A stretch of 38,708 bases of DNA from Candidatus Methanoxibalbensis ujae (GCA_026134085.1 JAOQIN010000015.1:1-38708); one strand, 5' to 3'. Numbered from the stretch's first letter, positions 1-9,611 are shown. A program made the numbers and translations. Notes: generated by a model from the sequence alone, not told the origin.

Positions 1-239
1 ATGGGAAGGGATAAGAGTTAAGCTTGTTTCTCCTAGAAACACATCTAAGACATGCCATCTCTGCGCAAGGTTTGAGAACCGATGCAACTTTCTTTTGCGA
101 ACATTGCCAACACACCTACAACGCAGATTTCAATCTGCGAACATTGGCATTAGGGCGACGCTCCCTGATGCCAGAGGGTGCGTAAACCACCCCGTAGGTC
201 TTATGACCTATAACCCCGCGAAAGCTGGGAGTAGTTTAC
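1..239 (+). mobile_element. tnpB: IS200/IS605-family remnant: frameshifted TnpB C-terminus plus right end/omegaRNA scaffold (truncated by window start)
   Basis: Three successive frames read WEGIRVKLVSPRNTSKTCHLC / FFCEHCQHTYNADFN / SANIG, matching the TnpB zinc ribbon and RuvC-III (NADxNAAxNI). Hairpins follow and the element ends ...GGGAGTAGTTTAC at 239. Confidence 0.85.
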
Positions 240-316
240 ATGAATTACTTTGTTCATTCAATTCAACAGCAGCGACGCTCCTGTTGTGATGGAGAGCGCA
301 GTCCGCGGGCCGTTGG

Positions 317-2020
317 CTACCTCATCTGCCGCAGTCGCCTCAATATGCCGCGGACATACTCATCGTGTTCGAGGTCAACAGTGTCAAACTCCATCAGTTT
401 TGATATCACCTCATTTTCAACTTCACGAAGACCTTTCTCATCTACGGCTTCCATGCGCATGATTATGACGGGCGATGTGTTTGAGCGTCGTATTAAAGCC
501 CATCCATTTGCATGAAGAAACTCAATTTTAACGCCGTCTATGTCATTTCCAGCGTCATCCGTTCTTCGTCTGTATTTTTCCGGATGCTTCGCTGCGAGCT
601 CTCTGAAATATGATTCAACGATATCGCAAACGCGGTTCTTCTCAGCATCGTTCACAACGGGCACGCGAAGCTCGGGAGTGTTCACATATCTGAAGAAATC
701 GGAGAGGAGCTCATCAACGATTTCGTATCCGCCTCTCCATTCGGCATTCTCTCTTCTCCGCATTCGCCTCAGCTCACGTGACACAAGCAGCAACAGCTCG
801 GAAAATGCGAAAACAGCGTCGTCTGCGCGGTTGTTCTTTTTGAAATACACATGACCTGACATTTCACCGCCTGCAATCGCGTCCAATTCAGCCATCTTCG
901 CCTTTATGAAAGAGAAGCCAGTCTTCCACTCAACGGGCACGCCGCCGTTCTCCAGAATGATCTCACGGATGGCATCTGAACACTTCGTGTCAAACACTAT
1001 CTTTGCGTCGGGATGCTCGCTCAAGATGTGCTTGCAGAGCAACGCCAGTATCTGCTCACCGATAATCATCCTTCCGCTCGGCGAGACAGCACCCGCTCGG
1101 TCGCCGTCTGCATCTGAAGCGAGTCCTATATGGGCTCCTCTCCTCCTCACTTCAGCGCGCAGATCATCCAGAAATCGGGGGATTGTGGGGTCGGGGAGGT
1201 GATGTGGGAAATTTCCATCAGGTTCGCAGTAAAGACAGAAGACATCCGCACCCAAATCTCGAAATATTGGCGGTGCAATTATTCCAGTTGTGCCGTTTCC
1301 AGCATCGTAAACCACCTTCAACGCTGCGAGAGGCAGGCGCTCATCCTCAGGAAGACGCTCAACAATCTCATTCGCCGCTCCGATCGCATCGCTCAACGAT
1401 ATTTCGCCAGCAAGCGACTTCAAAGCGAGCTCCTCCCACTTTGAACGCAGCACGACATTCGCAACAATCATGTCGTGATATTTTTTGAAGACCTCATCCG
1501 AAACATCCGCCTTCTCACCCTCTCTCGCAGCACGAGGAAGCGCTCCTCTGCCCGTCCTCAAAAAGGATTCCTCAATACGCTTTGCGTGGCGAAACATCTC
1601 TTTAATGTGCGTTTCTGTTGTGCTCTCACTTCCGACGCACAGCTTGAAGCCGTTCCATTCCTTCTCAAGATGACTGCCTGTCACCTCAACACCGCCGTCT
1701 GCGTTGAAAAGCCAGGTCGCAAAATACATGAGAGGCGTTGAACTCACTTTATCTGATGGAGCAATGTCAACGACACGGACTCCTCGCTGAATCAAAGCAT
1801 TTTCAAACGCAGATTTTATGCGCGGCGAACTCAAACGAACATCCTTACCAACAACAATAACCATATCTTCAGGCTCTTTTCCCCGATATTTCCGCAACAT
1901 CTCAACAAAAGCATGCGCGGTGATCTCGCAAAATTCATCGCTAAGCTGAAAATCTGGATGATTTTCATCCGCAATACCACGAATGTCATTCGCTCTGTAT
2001 GTGCTTTCGTCTATTATCAT
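317..2020 (-). CDS. Phosphomannomutase/phosphoglucomutase
   Basis: YRANDIRG N-terminus, TGSH catalytic Ser loop, DADGDR metal loop, GEMSGH sugar loop. ATG at 2020 follows GGAGG (ORF track extends to 2068). Confidence 0.93.
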   Translation of the reverse strand: MIIDESTYRANDIRGIADENHPDFQLSDEFCEITAHAFVEMLRKYRGKEPEDMVIVVGKDVRLSSPRIKSAFENALIQRGVRVVDIAPSDKVSSTPLMYFATWLFNADGGVEVTGSHLEKEWNGFKLCVGSESTTETHIKEMFRHAKRIEESFLRTGRGALPRAAREGEKADVSDEVFKKYHDMIVANVVLRSKWEELALKSLAGEISLSDAIGAANEIVERLPEDERLPLAALKVVYDAGNGTTGIIAPPIFRDLGADVFCLYCEPDGNFPHHLPDPTIPRFLDDLRAEVRRRGAHIGLASDADGDRAGAVSPSGRMIIGEQILALLCKHILSEHPDAKIVFDTKCSDAIREIILENGGVPVEWKTGFSFIKAKMAELDAIAGGEMSGHVYFKKNNRADDAVFAFSELLLLVSRELRRMRRRENAEWRGGYEIVDELLSDFFRYVNTPELRVPVVNDAEKNRVCDIVESYFRELAAKHPEKYRRRTDDAGNDIDGVKIEFLHANGWALIRRSNTSPVIIMRMEAVDEKGLREVENEVISKLMEFDTVDLEHDEYVRGILRRLRQMR

Positions 2021-2218
2021 GGATCCTCCACCTTTTCCCTCCTTCTCATGGGCTCCCTCCTCGCTCAACAGGAACTCAACATATCATCAGCACGGTATTC
2101 CAAATTACTTTGCGTCGGCTAATTCCTTTCAGCAGGTTTCGGACGGGAACTTCCTGATGCACGAAGCAGAGGGGCTCAAAAACCTGATGCAATTGTCAGC
2201 ACAAGCAAGTTGCTCAGC

Positions 2219-3685
2219 TCAGAGACGGTCATGACTGGAGCGGTGGTTTTGATTTTGAACACCACCTACGAGTATTTTCACGCGTATATGAGGCGAATAT
2301 TCAGCCACAGTCACTTCCTGACCGTCTTTTCCGCAGAATCCTATTGATTTTCCCCTGTCATTTCCGATGGCATCTATATTTTTGAGAGTGTCAAGCGTCT
2401 TTCCCGAGAGTGAAACATTTCTCAAGCGCTTTGTGAGCTCTCCATTTTCTATGAGAAAAGCCTCTTCAGCGCTGAACTGAAACTCGCCTTTAACTGTGTC
2501 AACCTCGCCTCCACGCATTCCTTTCGCATATATTCCGAGCTTTATATCTTCAATCATCTCCTCAAACCTCCAGTCCCTCGGCTCCACGACTATGTTGCTC
2601 ATTCTGACAATGGGCATATCACCATAATCAGATGCGCGTGCGTTTCCTGTTGTGGATGTGTTCATTCTGAATGCTGTCTCACGGGAATGAAGGAAGCTGA
2701 CGAGCATTCCGTTGCGAATTATGTCATTTCTTCTCGCTCTGACACCTTCATCATCGTATCTGTAGAAGCCGAATGAGCGTTCTATCGTTGGATCGTCGGC
2801 GACTGTGAGCGATTCAACAGCTATCTGCTCGTTCAACTTTCCTCTCAATATTGATTCCCCGCGGAGCACATGATCCGCCTCGGCGGCATGTCCGAGAGCT
2901 TCATGCATGAATACGCCTGAGAGACGATTATCCATGATGACGGTCATGAACCCGGCAGGCGGCATCTCAGCATAAATCGCACGCACGGCTTTCTCAGCCG
3001 CTCTCACGGCGATGGCATCAGGATCTTCCTCATCTATCAACTCAAATCCAGCCACTGCGCCTGTGTTTTCGCGACCCTCATGCATGACGCCGCCCTTCAA
3101 CGCAAACGCACGCACACGAAAGAAAACGGAGGGCATCTCAGAAATTATGCAGCTACCCTCGGTGTTCGCATATATCTTGCGCTCGTATCCGTCCATATAC
3201 AGGACGGAGACGCTCTTTACAAGCGGAGAATGCTCCTTCGCAGTCTCATATGCCGATTTCACAATATCCTTCTTCTCGCTGACATCAACATCCTCAGGCT
3301 CCTTGCGTGGTTTCAAAATGAAATGTTCATTCACAATCTCCGCAGATGCAACTCCATCCGCAATCACATCATCCACACCACGCACACGCACACGCATGCA
3401 TCGGAGTGCATTGCATATGCTGAGTGCATCCCTCACACAATCTTTCAATCTTGAAATGTCATTTGATGTTGCAAATCCCCATACGCCCTCCCGCAATACA
3501 CGAACACTGAAACCCATGTCCATGCCGAACGATATTTCTCTGAATGTCCCGTCTCTGAAATCAATGACAGATGTGCAGCTCGCCTCAAATCGTATATCAG
3601 CAAAATCAACATCAGACAGCACAGTCAGTGCCCTCCTCATCTCGTCAATTATCGCGGACTCTTCCATCTCCTTCACATCATCCAT
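2219..3685 (-). CDS. tldD: TldD/PmbA family metalloprotease (TldD-like)
   Basis: HEALGHAAEAD (HExxGH), YDDEG, GNARA, PIVRMSN and C-terminal CGKDGQ motifs. Confidence 0.92.
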   Translation of the reverse strand: MDDVKEMEESAIIDEMRRALTVLSDVDFADIRFEASCTSVIDFRDGTFREISFGMDMGFSVRVLREGVWGFATSNDISRLKDCVRDALSICNALRCMRVRVRGVDDVIADGVASAEIVNEHFILKPRKEPEDVDVSEKKDIVKSAYETAKEHSPLVKSVSVLYMDGYERKIYANTEGSCIISEMPSVFFRVRAFALKGGVMHEGRENTGAVAGFELIDEEDPDAIAVRAAEKAVRAIYAEMPPAGFMTVIMDNRLSGVFMHEALGHAAEADHVLRGESILRGKLNEQIAVESLTVADDPTIERSFGFYRYDDEGVRARRNDIIRNGMLVSFLHSRETAFRMNTSTTGNARASDYGDMPIVRMSNIVVEPRDWRFEEMIEDIKLGIYAKGMRGGEVDTVKGEFQFSAEEAFLIENGELTKRLRNVSLSGKTLDTLKNIDAIGNDRGKSIGFCGKDGQEVTVAEYSPHIRVKILVGGVQNQNHRSSHDRL

Positions 3686-3741
3686 CAATATATTTATAAA
3701 GTAAAAGAGAAGAGAAGGAAGTGATAAAAGAGCGCGAAGGA

Positions 3742-3815
3742 GGGGCCGTAGCTCAGACTGGGAGAGCGCTCGGCTGAAGACCGAGTTGTCCCGAGTTCAA
3801 ATCTCGGCGGCCCCA
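3742..3815 (+). tRNA. tRNA-Phe(GAA)
   Basis: GGGGCCG/CGGCCCC acceptor stem, CTCGG-CT-GAA-GA-CCGAG anticodon arm, GTTCAAAT T-loop. TTTATAAA box upstream at ~3693-3700; no encoded CCA. Confidence 0.97.
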
Positions 3816-3955
3816 TGACATGTGAGAGCCGATGGCCGGATCTCATATTCTTTTGTTCTCCATTTCTTATTTGTTCAGTAATTGCTTTCTCGTTTTTGAT
3901 TTTTGTGTCCTCCACCTGCGTCCTCCACCTGCGTTTCGGCTGTGCGTTCAAAATG

Positions 3956-4273
3956 TCAAAATGTTACAATTCTGTCACACTCCTTTACCAGCTCATATAA
4001 ATCCCTCATTGTTGATAACGGACACATTTCCAGTTCAGATTGACGAATTTTCAAACAAGTGCCGCATGCAAGTATTTCGCCTCCACTGTCAACGAACTTC
4101 TGCATTTGTTCTGTTATCCTGAACCTATCTGTGTCCAGAGACTCGCACTCCACACCCCTGGCAAGTAAGAATATTTTCACCTCATCACCCTCGCTCAATG
4201 CAAAATTTCCAAACCGGAAGGCGTTCCATACCGTCTCCGAATCATCTGAATAGATAATGATGCCTATTTTCAT
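3956..4273 (-). CDS. DsrE/DsrF-like family protein
   Basis: WNAFRFGNFAL, KIFLLARGVE, ILACGTCLKIR, CPLSTMRDLY motifs. ATG at 4273 follows a G-rich SD. Confidence 0.88.
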   Translation of the reverse strand: MKIGIIIYSDDSETVWNAFRFGNFALSEGDEVKIFLLARGVECESLDTDRFRITEQMQKFVDSGGEILACGTCLKIRQSELEMCPLSTMRDLYELVKECDRIVTF

Positions 4274-4407
4274 TTTACCCCCTCTCCAGCATCTTACTGC
4301 TTGGGTCAAGCTACCTTTTTTTTATTTTTTTATATTAAAAAAACTCCCTCCATGACTGAGAGCTTCATCGCTGAGATACCTGCTTCTGAAAAGACAGAAA
4401 TTGCAAC

Positions 4408-4505
4408 GTGACCTCTTCCCATCAGCATCCTCAGGAGGTTCCCATTTCATCCACAGAGCTTACCTGAAGCCTTCCATAGGCTCAGAAGGTGGATCCCATC
4501 CCCCC
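4408..4505 (-). mobile_element. Orphan IS200/IS605-type right-end/omegaRNA remnant (GGTCAC-ending family)
   Basis: Minus strand ends GGGAAGAGGTCAC. 4425-4451 is 26/27 identical to 10664-10690, with further shared blocks GAGCTTAC, CATAGGC, GAAGG. Confidence 0.6.
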
Positions 4506-4595
4506 TCAATAATAAGACCCGCCTCCTGCCGTGCCTTTAATTATCCTCCAGAGCCAAGGTGAAAAGAAGTTGTATTGAAGGCGCGGTGAGTGGTT

Positions 4596-5096
4596 ATGAA
4601 GATAGGAGTGATTTCGGACACACATGACCGTCTGGATGCGATTGAGAGGGCTGTTGAGGTTTTCAATAATGAGCGGGTGGATGTTGTGATCCATGCAGGC
4701 GATTTCGTATCCCCCTTCACCGAAAAACCGTTCAGAGCGCTGAATGCAAAATTTTACGGAATATTCGGCAACAATGACGGCGATAAACTGCTGCTGAAAG
4801 AAAAATACAGGAGAGTTGGCGTGATAGAGGAAGATCCCCTTGAACTTGAAATACAATCTGTGAGTATCGCGGTCACACACAGGCCTAAAATCGTGAATGC
4901 ACTCTCTCATATCTACGATATCGTGATATTCGGTCACACCCATATGCCAGAAATCAGGACAGGTGAGAGAAAAACAGGCTCAGGCGCAGAAACACTCGTG
5001 ATAAACCCGGGTGAGTGCTGCGGTTACCTGTCAGGTCGCCGGACAGTCGCAATAATTGACATTGATTCATTCTCCGCAGATATACTTGAAATCTGA
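4596..5096 (+). CDS. Metallophosphoesterase (YfcE/MJ0936 family)
   Basis: ISDTH, HAGD, GNND, GHTH, INPGE calcineurin-like motifs. Confidence 0.93.
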   Translation: MKIGVISDTHDRLDAIERAVEVFNNERVDVVIHAGDFVSPFTEKPFRALNAKFYGIFGNNDGDKLLLKEKYRRVGVIEEDPLELEIQSVSIAVTHRPKIVNALSHIYDIVIFGHTHMPEIRTGERKTGSGAETLVINPGECCGYLSGRRTVAIIDIDSFSADILEI

Positions 5097-5278
5097 TTTT
5101 GGACTTGTGACGCCACACAGCAACAACAGCAGCATCCACAAATTTCAACTGAGGCTACTGATTCAACCCATCTCTCCACCTCTCCACATCCCATTGCATA
5201 GAGGGGCATGCGACAGGAAAAATGCGACAAATAAAGAAAATCATAAAGAAAAAAGAGAGAAAAATTAAAATTGGTTAA

Positions 5279-5752
5279 TCATAATGTTACTCTCTTCCCG
5301 CTCAATATCAACGAATTCGTCGGCAAATGCTTGAGATATACTTCGTAAGTATTGCCGGGAGCCAGAGCGGGACCACCAGCGGTAGTATTGATACTGAGGT
5401 CAGAACATGTTAGACCAGTCGTTGTTTCTGCATAAACATAAAAAGCATCTCCGACCTTGAAGGTAGCACTGACATTTGCGTATGTAGGATTTTTTCCAGC
5501 CTTGCACACAGCAATTTGCCACTCATCCTCCATGAGTGTGTCCCCGCTTGAGTGCACAAGTTTGAAGCAGGAGTTATTCACAACTTGAAAAGTTATCGAC
5601 ACAGAAGGTGGCGTGGCTGTTGGCGGCGTGAACCCTCCGAGCATAGCCATGACGACAGCTGCTATGACGATTGTAGCGGCGACCATGAGGATGACACCTA
5701 TGACAGGAGACACTCCCTTTTTACCTCTCTTCTGCATGTGTCTCTCTCTCAT
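5279..5752 (-). CDS. Archaeal type IV pilin (class III signal peptide, Pilin_N/DUF1628)
   Basis: KKG|VSPVIGVILMVAATIVIAAVV cleavage motif and hydrophobic helix; downstream HSSGD motif typical of archaeal pilins. Confidence 0.92.
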   Translation of the reverse strand: MRERHMQKRGKKGVSPVIGVILMVAATIVIAAVVMAMLGGFTPPTATPPSVSITFQVVNNSCFKLVHSSGDTLMEDEWQIAVCKAGKNPTYANVSATFKVGDAFYVYAETTTGLTCSDLSINTTAGGPALAPGNTYEVYLKHLPTNSLILSGKRVTL

Positions 5753-5962
5753 TTTCTTTTCACATCACCTCCTTTCATGAGGATTGAGAGAGTATGCCAA
5801 AAACAATTTCGTGCTGTTCAATTTATTTGAGCGATATTTGCAGGAAAAAATTAAATAATTCGAAATAAAAATTTTTTAAGATGGGAGGATAATGTAGATT
5901 TATGGAAAGATAATGTTGTAATATGTGAGTGATTGATGGAGGATGAGTTGAAATATGAATGA

Positions 5963-6688
5963 GTGATGTGTGGGGGGATGATTGTGGGCATTGGATATGA
6001 AGTTGAGAGTCTGCTGCGTGTGTGTGTGGGAGGAGTTCTGCTTATTATTGCGGCGATAATGGATATGCGTGAGCGGGAGATATCAGATGTTGTGTGGCTG
6101 ATCATGGTGATTGCATCAGGTGTGTTTCTTCTTACTGACATAATTCTGAACGAGTTTTCGCCGCCGCACATGCTTCTCTCGCTTGGATTTGGTGTTGTAA
6201 TGGGTGCTGTGCTGTATTTTCTGAGATTTGGAGGTGCGGACATAAAGGCTTTGCTCGGGATTGCGCTGCTTTATCCGAGATATCCTGTTTTTGGAGAATT
6301 TCCGCTTTTTGGAGTTCCTCCGGTTGAGGTATTTGTGATGAGCGTTCTGACGAACACTGTCATATCAGGGCTATCTGCGCCTCTGTGGCTTTTTGTGAAG
6401 AATGCGCTGCGTCGTAACTTCTCACCTCTCATGTTCATGGGCATTAAAGTTCCTGCTGATTCTCTCCGTCATCATCGTCATTTCAGACTTATGCATTCTT
6501 TTGATGGCTCATATGTGTGCGGTGGAGTTGAAGTTACTGAGGATGATATCAGGAAAATAGAGAATCTTCATCGTGATGGTATTATTGAAGAAGTGTGGAT
6601 AACGCCCGAACTTCCATTCATCGTTTTCATCGCATTCGGATTCTTCACAGCATTCATCTTGGGCGATATAATTGTCATACTGTTTTGA
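5963..6688 (+). CDS. Prepilin/preflagellin peptidase (A24, PibD/FlaK-like)
   Basis: Multi-TM protein with two catalytic Asp motifs (AIMDMRERE, GGADIK) and C-terminal VWITPELPFIVFI. Confidence 0.9.
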   Translation: MMCGGMIVGIGYEVESLLRVCVGGVLLIIAAIMDMREREISDVVWLIMVIASGVFLLTDIILNEFSPPHMLLSLGFGVVMGAVLYFLRFGGADIKALLGIALLYPRYPVFGEFPLFGVPPVEVFVMSVLTNTVISGLSAPLWLFVKNALRRNFSPLMFMGIKVPADSLRHHRHFRLMHSFDGSYVCGGVEVTEDDIRKIENLHRDGIIEEVWITPELPFIVFIAFGFFTAFILGDIIVILF

Positions 6689-6876
6689 GCGAGGCATCAT
6701 CATTTTTTGCTATAATATAAAAATGAAATAAACAAAAAAACACAAAAAAACATAAAAAAAAGCAAAAGAAAAAGAGCAGAAACCGCATGCCACCGCGCAG
6801 CATGCAGCCACTCACAAGCTCACACAGCCACTCACAATGTTCAATGGAAACTGAAGCTTGAGGTGAGTGTGAGAGC

Positions 6877-8127
6877 TCACTGCTCTGATGCTGATGCGAC
6901 CACTTCGCCTATCAGATATGTGCTTTTTGCCTCTTTCACACGGACATCGCAGAAAGATCCAAGAGGTATGTCATCCCTGAGAACAACTGTTCTGTAGGCG
7001 GGGTCTCGCGCAATCATTCCTCCTTTTCTTCCGGGTTCAGTGACAAGTGCCTCAAGGATTCTCCCCTCCAATGCCTTGTTCTGTTCATAAGCTATTTTGT
7101 GATACAGATCGGAGAACATGCGTGAGCGTCGCTTTTTCTCTCTCTCAAGCAGGTCATTCATACATGCCGCCTCAGTCCCGGGGCGAGGGGAGAATCGTGT
7201 GATATTCACTTTCTCAGCTCTAATGCGCCTGAGAAGGTCAACAGAACTCTCAAAATCCCTCTCAGTCTCAGTCGGATATCCTATGATAAAATCAGTGGAT
7301 ATCGTGCAATATTCAAATCTTGAACGAATAAAATCAACAATATGAATGAAATCACGAACTTTGTATCTTCTGTTCATATCTCTCAGAACTTTATCCGAGC
7401 CTGACTGGACAGGTATATGGAAGAATTTGAAAATTTTTTCTGATTCAAAGGAATCAATAATATCATCAAGATCATGAATCATCGTAAAAGGATTCATCAT
7501 TCCAACTCTTATCCTGAAATCTCCTTTTATTGAAGATAGCTTACGAAGAAGACCGTGCAATCTTTCTTCCAGACCATCCCATCCGTATGCACTGCAGTCC
7601 TGCGCTGTTATCCTTATTTCCTTTGCACCATCTCGCACCATCCTCTCAACAGTTCCGCATATTCTCTCAGGATCATAACTGTGAATTTCACCTCTCGCCC
7701 GCTTCACAATGCAGTATCTGCAGTTTCCAACGCAGCCCTGCGATATGGGGACTATCCCTATGACACCATCAAACGCAATTTCATAAACATCTCTGAGCAA
7801 ACGGGGCTCTATCATTATTGCGTTATCACCCAATACCTCTCTGACCCTCTCAGGCATCGCAGCCGGCATGCATCCCGCAACAATTATATCTCCAGAGCAC
7901 AATCCGCGAATGTATTTCAATCGTTTAATAACATTAAGCTCTGTTCTTTCAGTAACGATGCACGTGTTAATAATGAAAAAATCAGCATCTTTCTCATTTT
8001 TAACTATCTTGCATCCAATTTTTTCAACAATAGCTCTTATTTTCATACTGTCAGCTATGTTTGCAGTGCATCCAAATGTCTCAATATACACCTTCTTGTC
8101 CGGCTGTAATGACTCAATCCACTCCAT
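6877..8127 (-). CDS. mtaB: tRNA t6A37 methylthiotransferase (archaeal MtaB/e-MtaB; UPF0004 + radical SAM + TRAM)
   Basis: ETFGCTAN, INTC, VAGC (UPF0004), GCVGNCRYC radical SAM motif, RIRVGMMNP, HIPVQSGS, C-terminal TRAM. Confidence 0.9.
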   Translation of the reverse strand: MEWIESLQPDKKVYIETFGCTANIADSMKIRAIVEKIGCKIVKNEKDADFFIINTCIVTERTELNVIKRLKYIRGLCSGDIIVAGCMPAAMPERVREVLGDNAIMIEPRLLRDVYEIAFDGVIGIVPISQGCVGNCRYCIVKRARGEIHSYDPERICGTVERMVRDGAKEIRITAQDCSAYGWDGLEERLHGLLRKLSSIKGDFRIRVGMMNPFTMIHDLDDIIDSFESEKIFKFFHIPVQSGSDKVLRDMNRRYKVRDFIHIVDFIRSRFEYCTISTDFIIGYPTETERDFESSVDLLRRIRAEKVNITRFSPRPGTEAACMNDLLEREKKRRSRMFSDLYHKIAYEQNKALEGRILEALVTEPGRKGGMIARDPAYRTVVLRDDIPLGSFCDVRVKEAKSTYLIGEVVASASEQ

Positions 8128-8250
8128 TCTCTGTAATTATTCTGTATATGCTTATTATAATAAAAAAAAGTTGGCATCGCTGTGACAGGCTGAGCAATGA
8201 GCATCTGATAGGGCTCCGGGATGAGTCCGACCCCTCTCATGAAGTGCAAC

Positions 8251-8292
8251 GCGCTCTAATCTCTGCGCTCTAATCTCTGCGCTCTAATCTCT
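8251..8292. repeat. 14-bp tandem repeat x3 (GCGCTCTAATCTCT) spanning the AIM24 stop codon
   Basis: Three perfect copies read directly. Confidence 0.9.
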
Positions 8293-9256
8293 GAAGAGAG
8301 TGCCGATGTTGAAGGAAGTGCCGGAAGTGCCTGAGGAACCACTGCCGCTGCCTGCGCCTGAAGGCATGAATGGTCTGAGAGCGGCTGCGAGGTTAGCAAG
8401 TGTCATTGACTGGAGAAGCACACGACCGGGGCCTCGCAAGGTTGTGAGGAATATGCCCTCTCCGCCGAAAAGCATGCTCTTCACATTTCCTGCGAGTGCG
8501 ATGTCATACCCAACGGATGCGTCAAAGCCGACAACACTGCCCGTGTCAACCTTCACGACCTCACCAGATGCGAGTTCCATCTCAATGAAATCGCCGCAGG
8601 CGTGAATGAATGCTGTGCCCGTGCCGCTCAATCGCTCAGGAATGAAGCCCTCTCCGCCGAAGATGCCTGCACGCAACTTCTTCGTGAAAGCGATATCCAG
8701 GTCAACGCCCTCTTGAGCGCAGAGGAATGCGTCCTTCTGTGCGATGAAATCCTCGCCTTTCAACTCTATCGCCTTTATTCTTCCGGGAGCATTCCCTGCA
8801 AAAGCGACAAAGCCCTCCCCGAAACGGGGCGTGAATTCCGTCAGGAAGAAAGTCTCTCCTGCGAGCTTACGCTTCAATCCTTTGAGAAAACCCCCTCTCG
8901 CCCTCGCATTTATCTTATCACCCCGCTGGAGACCCCTTTGAGGTCGGGGAGGAAAGTGGTAATTTTTAAATACTCAAAATTTCACCTACTTATAGCGTCC
9001 GGAGGTTCCGGGCGATGAAAGCGTGAAGCTGGCACGCATCGGGGCGACGCTCCGAGGTGTGGGGCTGCGTAAACCAGCCCTTGCCCGACGACCAGCAGGA
9101 TGAAGGCATAAAGCCCCGTGAGGAGGGGCAGTTTACTTCCATGTTCTCGCTCATGTAAACCATCGCTCCCGCCTCTCCATACACCATCTCGCCCGCTGAA
9201 AGACGCACTACCACCATCTGCAAGTTGTCTCCAACAATTTCATATCTCATTCCCAT
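8284..9256 (-). pseudogene. AIM24/TIGR00266 family gene interrupted by a 223-bp insertion
   Basis: The 5' part (YEIVGDNLQ..EAGAMVYMSENME, 9256-9137) and 3' part (INARARGGFLKGLKRKLAGETFF..FGGEG..GPGRVLLQS, 8913-8284) rejoin in frame when 8914-9136 is removed. Confidence 0.92.
8914..9136 (+). mobile_element. Non-autonomous IS200/IS605 mini-element (left-end hairpin, TATA box, omegaRNA scaffold)
   Basis: Inserted 3' of TTTAT with no target duplication. CCCCG..GACC..GGTCGGGG left hairpin, TTTTTAAATA at 8963-8972. Shares GGGCGACGCTCC, a CGTAAAC-loop hairpin and terminal AGTTTAC with the tnpB end at 150-239. Confidence 0.88.
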
Positions 9257-9305
9257 ACCTCCTCTTTCTCCTGTACCTCCCCTTCCACTCCTTTATCCAT
9301 TCCAT

Positions 9306-9520
9306 GTGACCTCCTCCAATGTGGCATCGGTGAGGGGAGCGGCGATGGGAGGTTCCTCAGCCGCCTCATGACCTGACGCCATTGGATGTCCCATCTCCAC
9401 CCAACAGAAGAGTGAGCTCACACCGTCCACACCGTCTTTCTGCGACGGGTCGTCCGGCGATAAAACCAGCTCTCTCAGCCTTGCGGGTTGCGAAAGAACT
9501 CAAGTGCGAGCATCTGTTAT
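9306..9520 (-). mobile_element. Probable orphan IS200/IS605 right-end/omegaRNA remnant (GGTCAC-ending family)
   Basis: Minus strand ends GATGCC..GGAGGAGGTCAC and contains GGAACCTCC as in the 4408 and 10641 copies. GC-rich non-coding stretch; far boundary approximate. Confidence 0.45.
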
Positions 9521-9611
9521 TTCTCTAAAATATTATTCTTAATAAATTTTAATTTTTATTTTTCCAACCAGTCTTCCCTCTCGTCACGCTTTCGCATGTT
9601 GCGAAGGGAAC

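Noticed and set aside
3012..3704. Long antisense ORFs (this one and similar ones opposite PMM, MtaB, LeuA, AcnX)
   Set aside because: Shadows of well-supported genes on the other strand.
3694..3951. 85-aa minus-strand ORF
   Set aside because: Antisense shadow of tRNA-Phe.
4352..4407. MTESFIAEIP as a TnpB N-terminal fragment
   Set aside because: Too short to support.
8914..9136. Self-splicing or BHB intron in the AIM24 gene
   Set aside because: The element's promoter and RNA are antisense to the gene, no intron core or BHB was seen, and the junctions fit IS200/IS605 insertion.
9285..9305. Predicted guide ATGGAATGGATA resembling the mtaB start (ATGGAGTGGATT)
   Set aside because: Only 10/12 match with a mismatch near the guide start; consistent with chance.
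9340..9380. Fluoride riboswitch-like GGCGATGG
   Set aside because: Required pairing and downstream conserved nucleotides are missing, and there is no fluoride-related gene.
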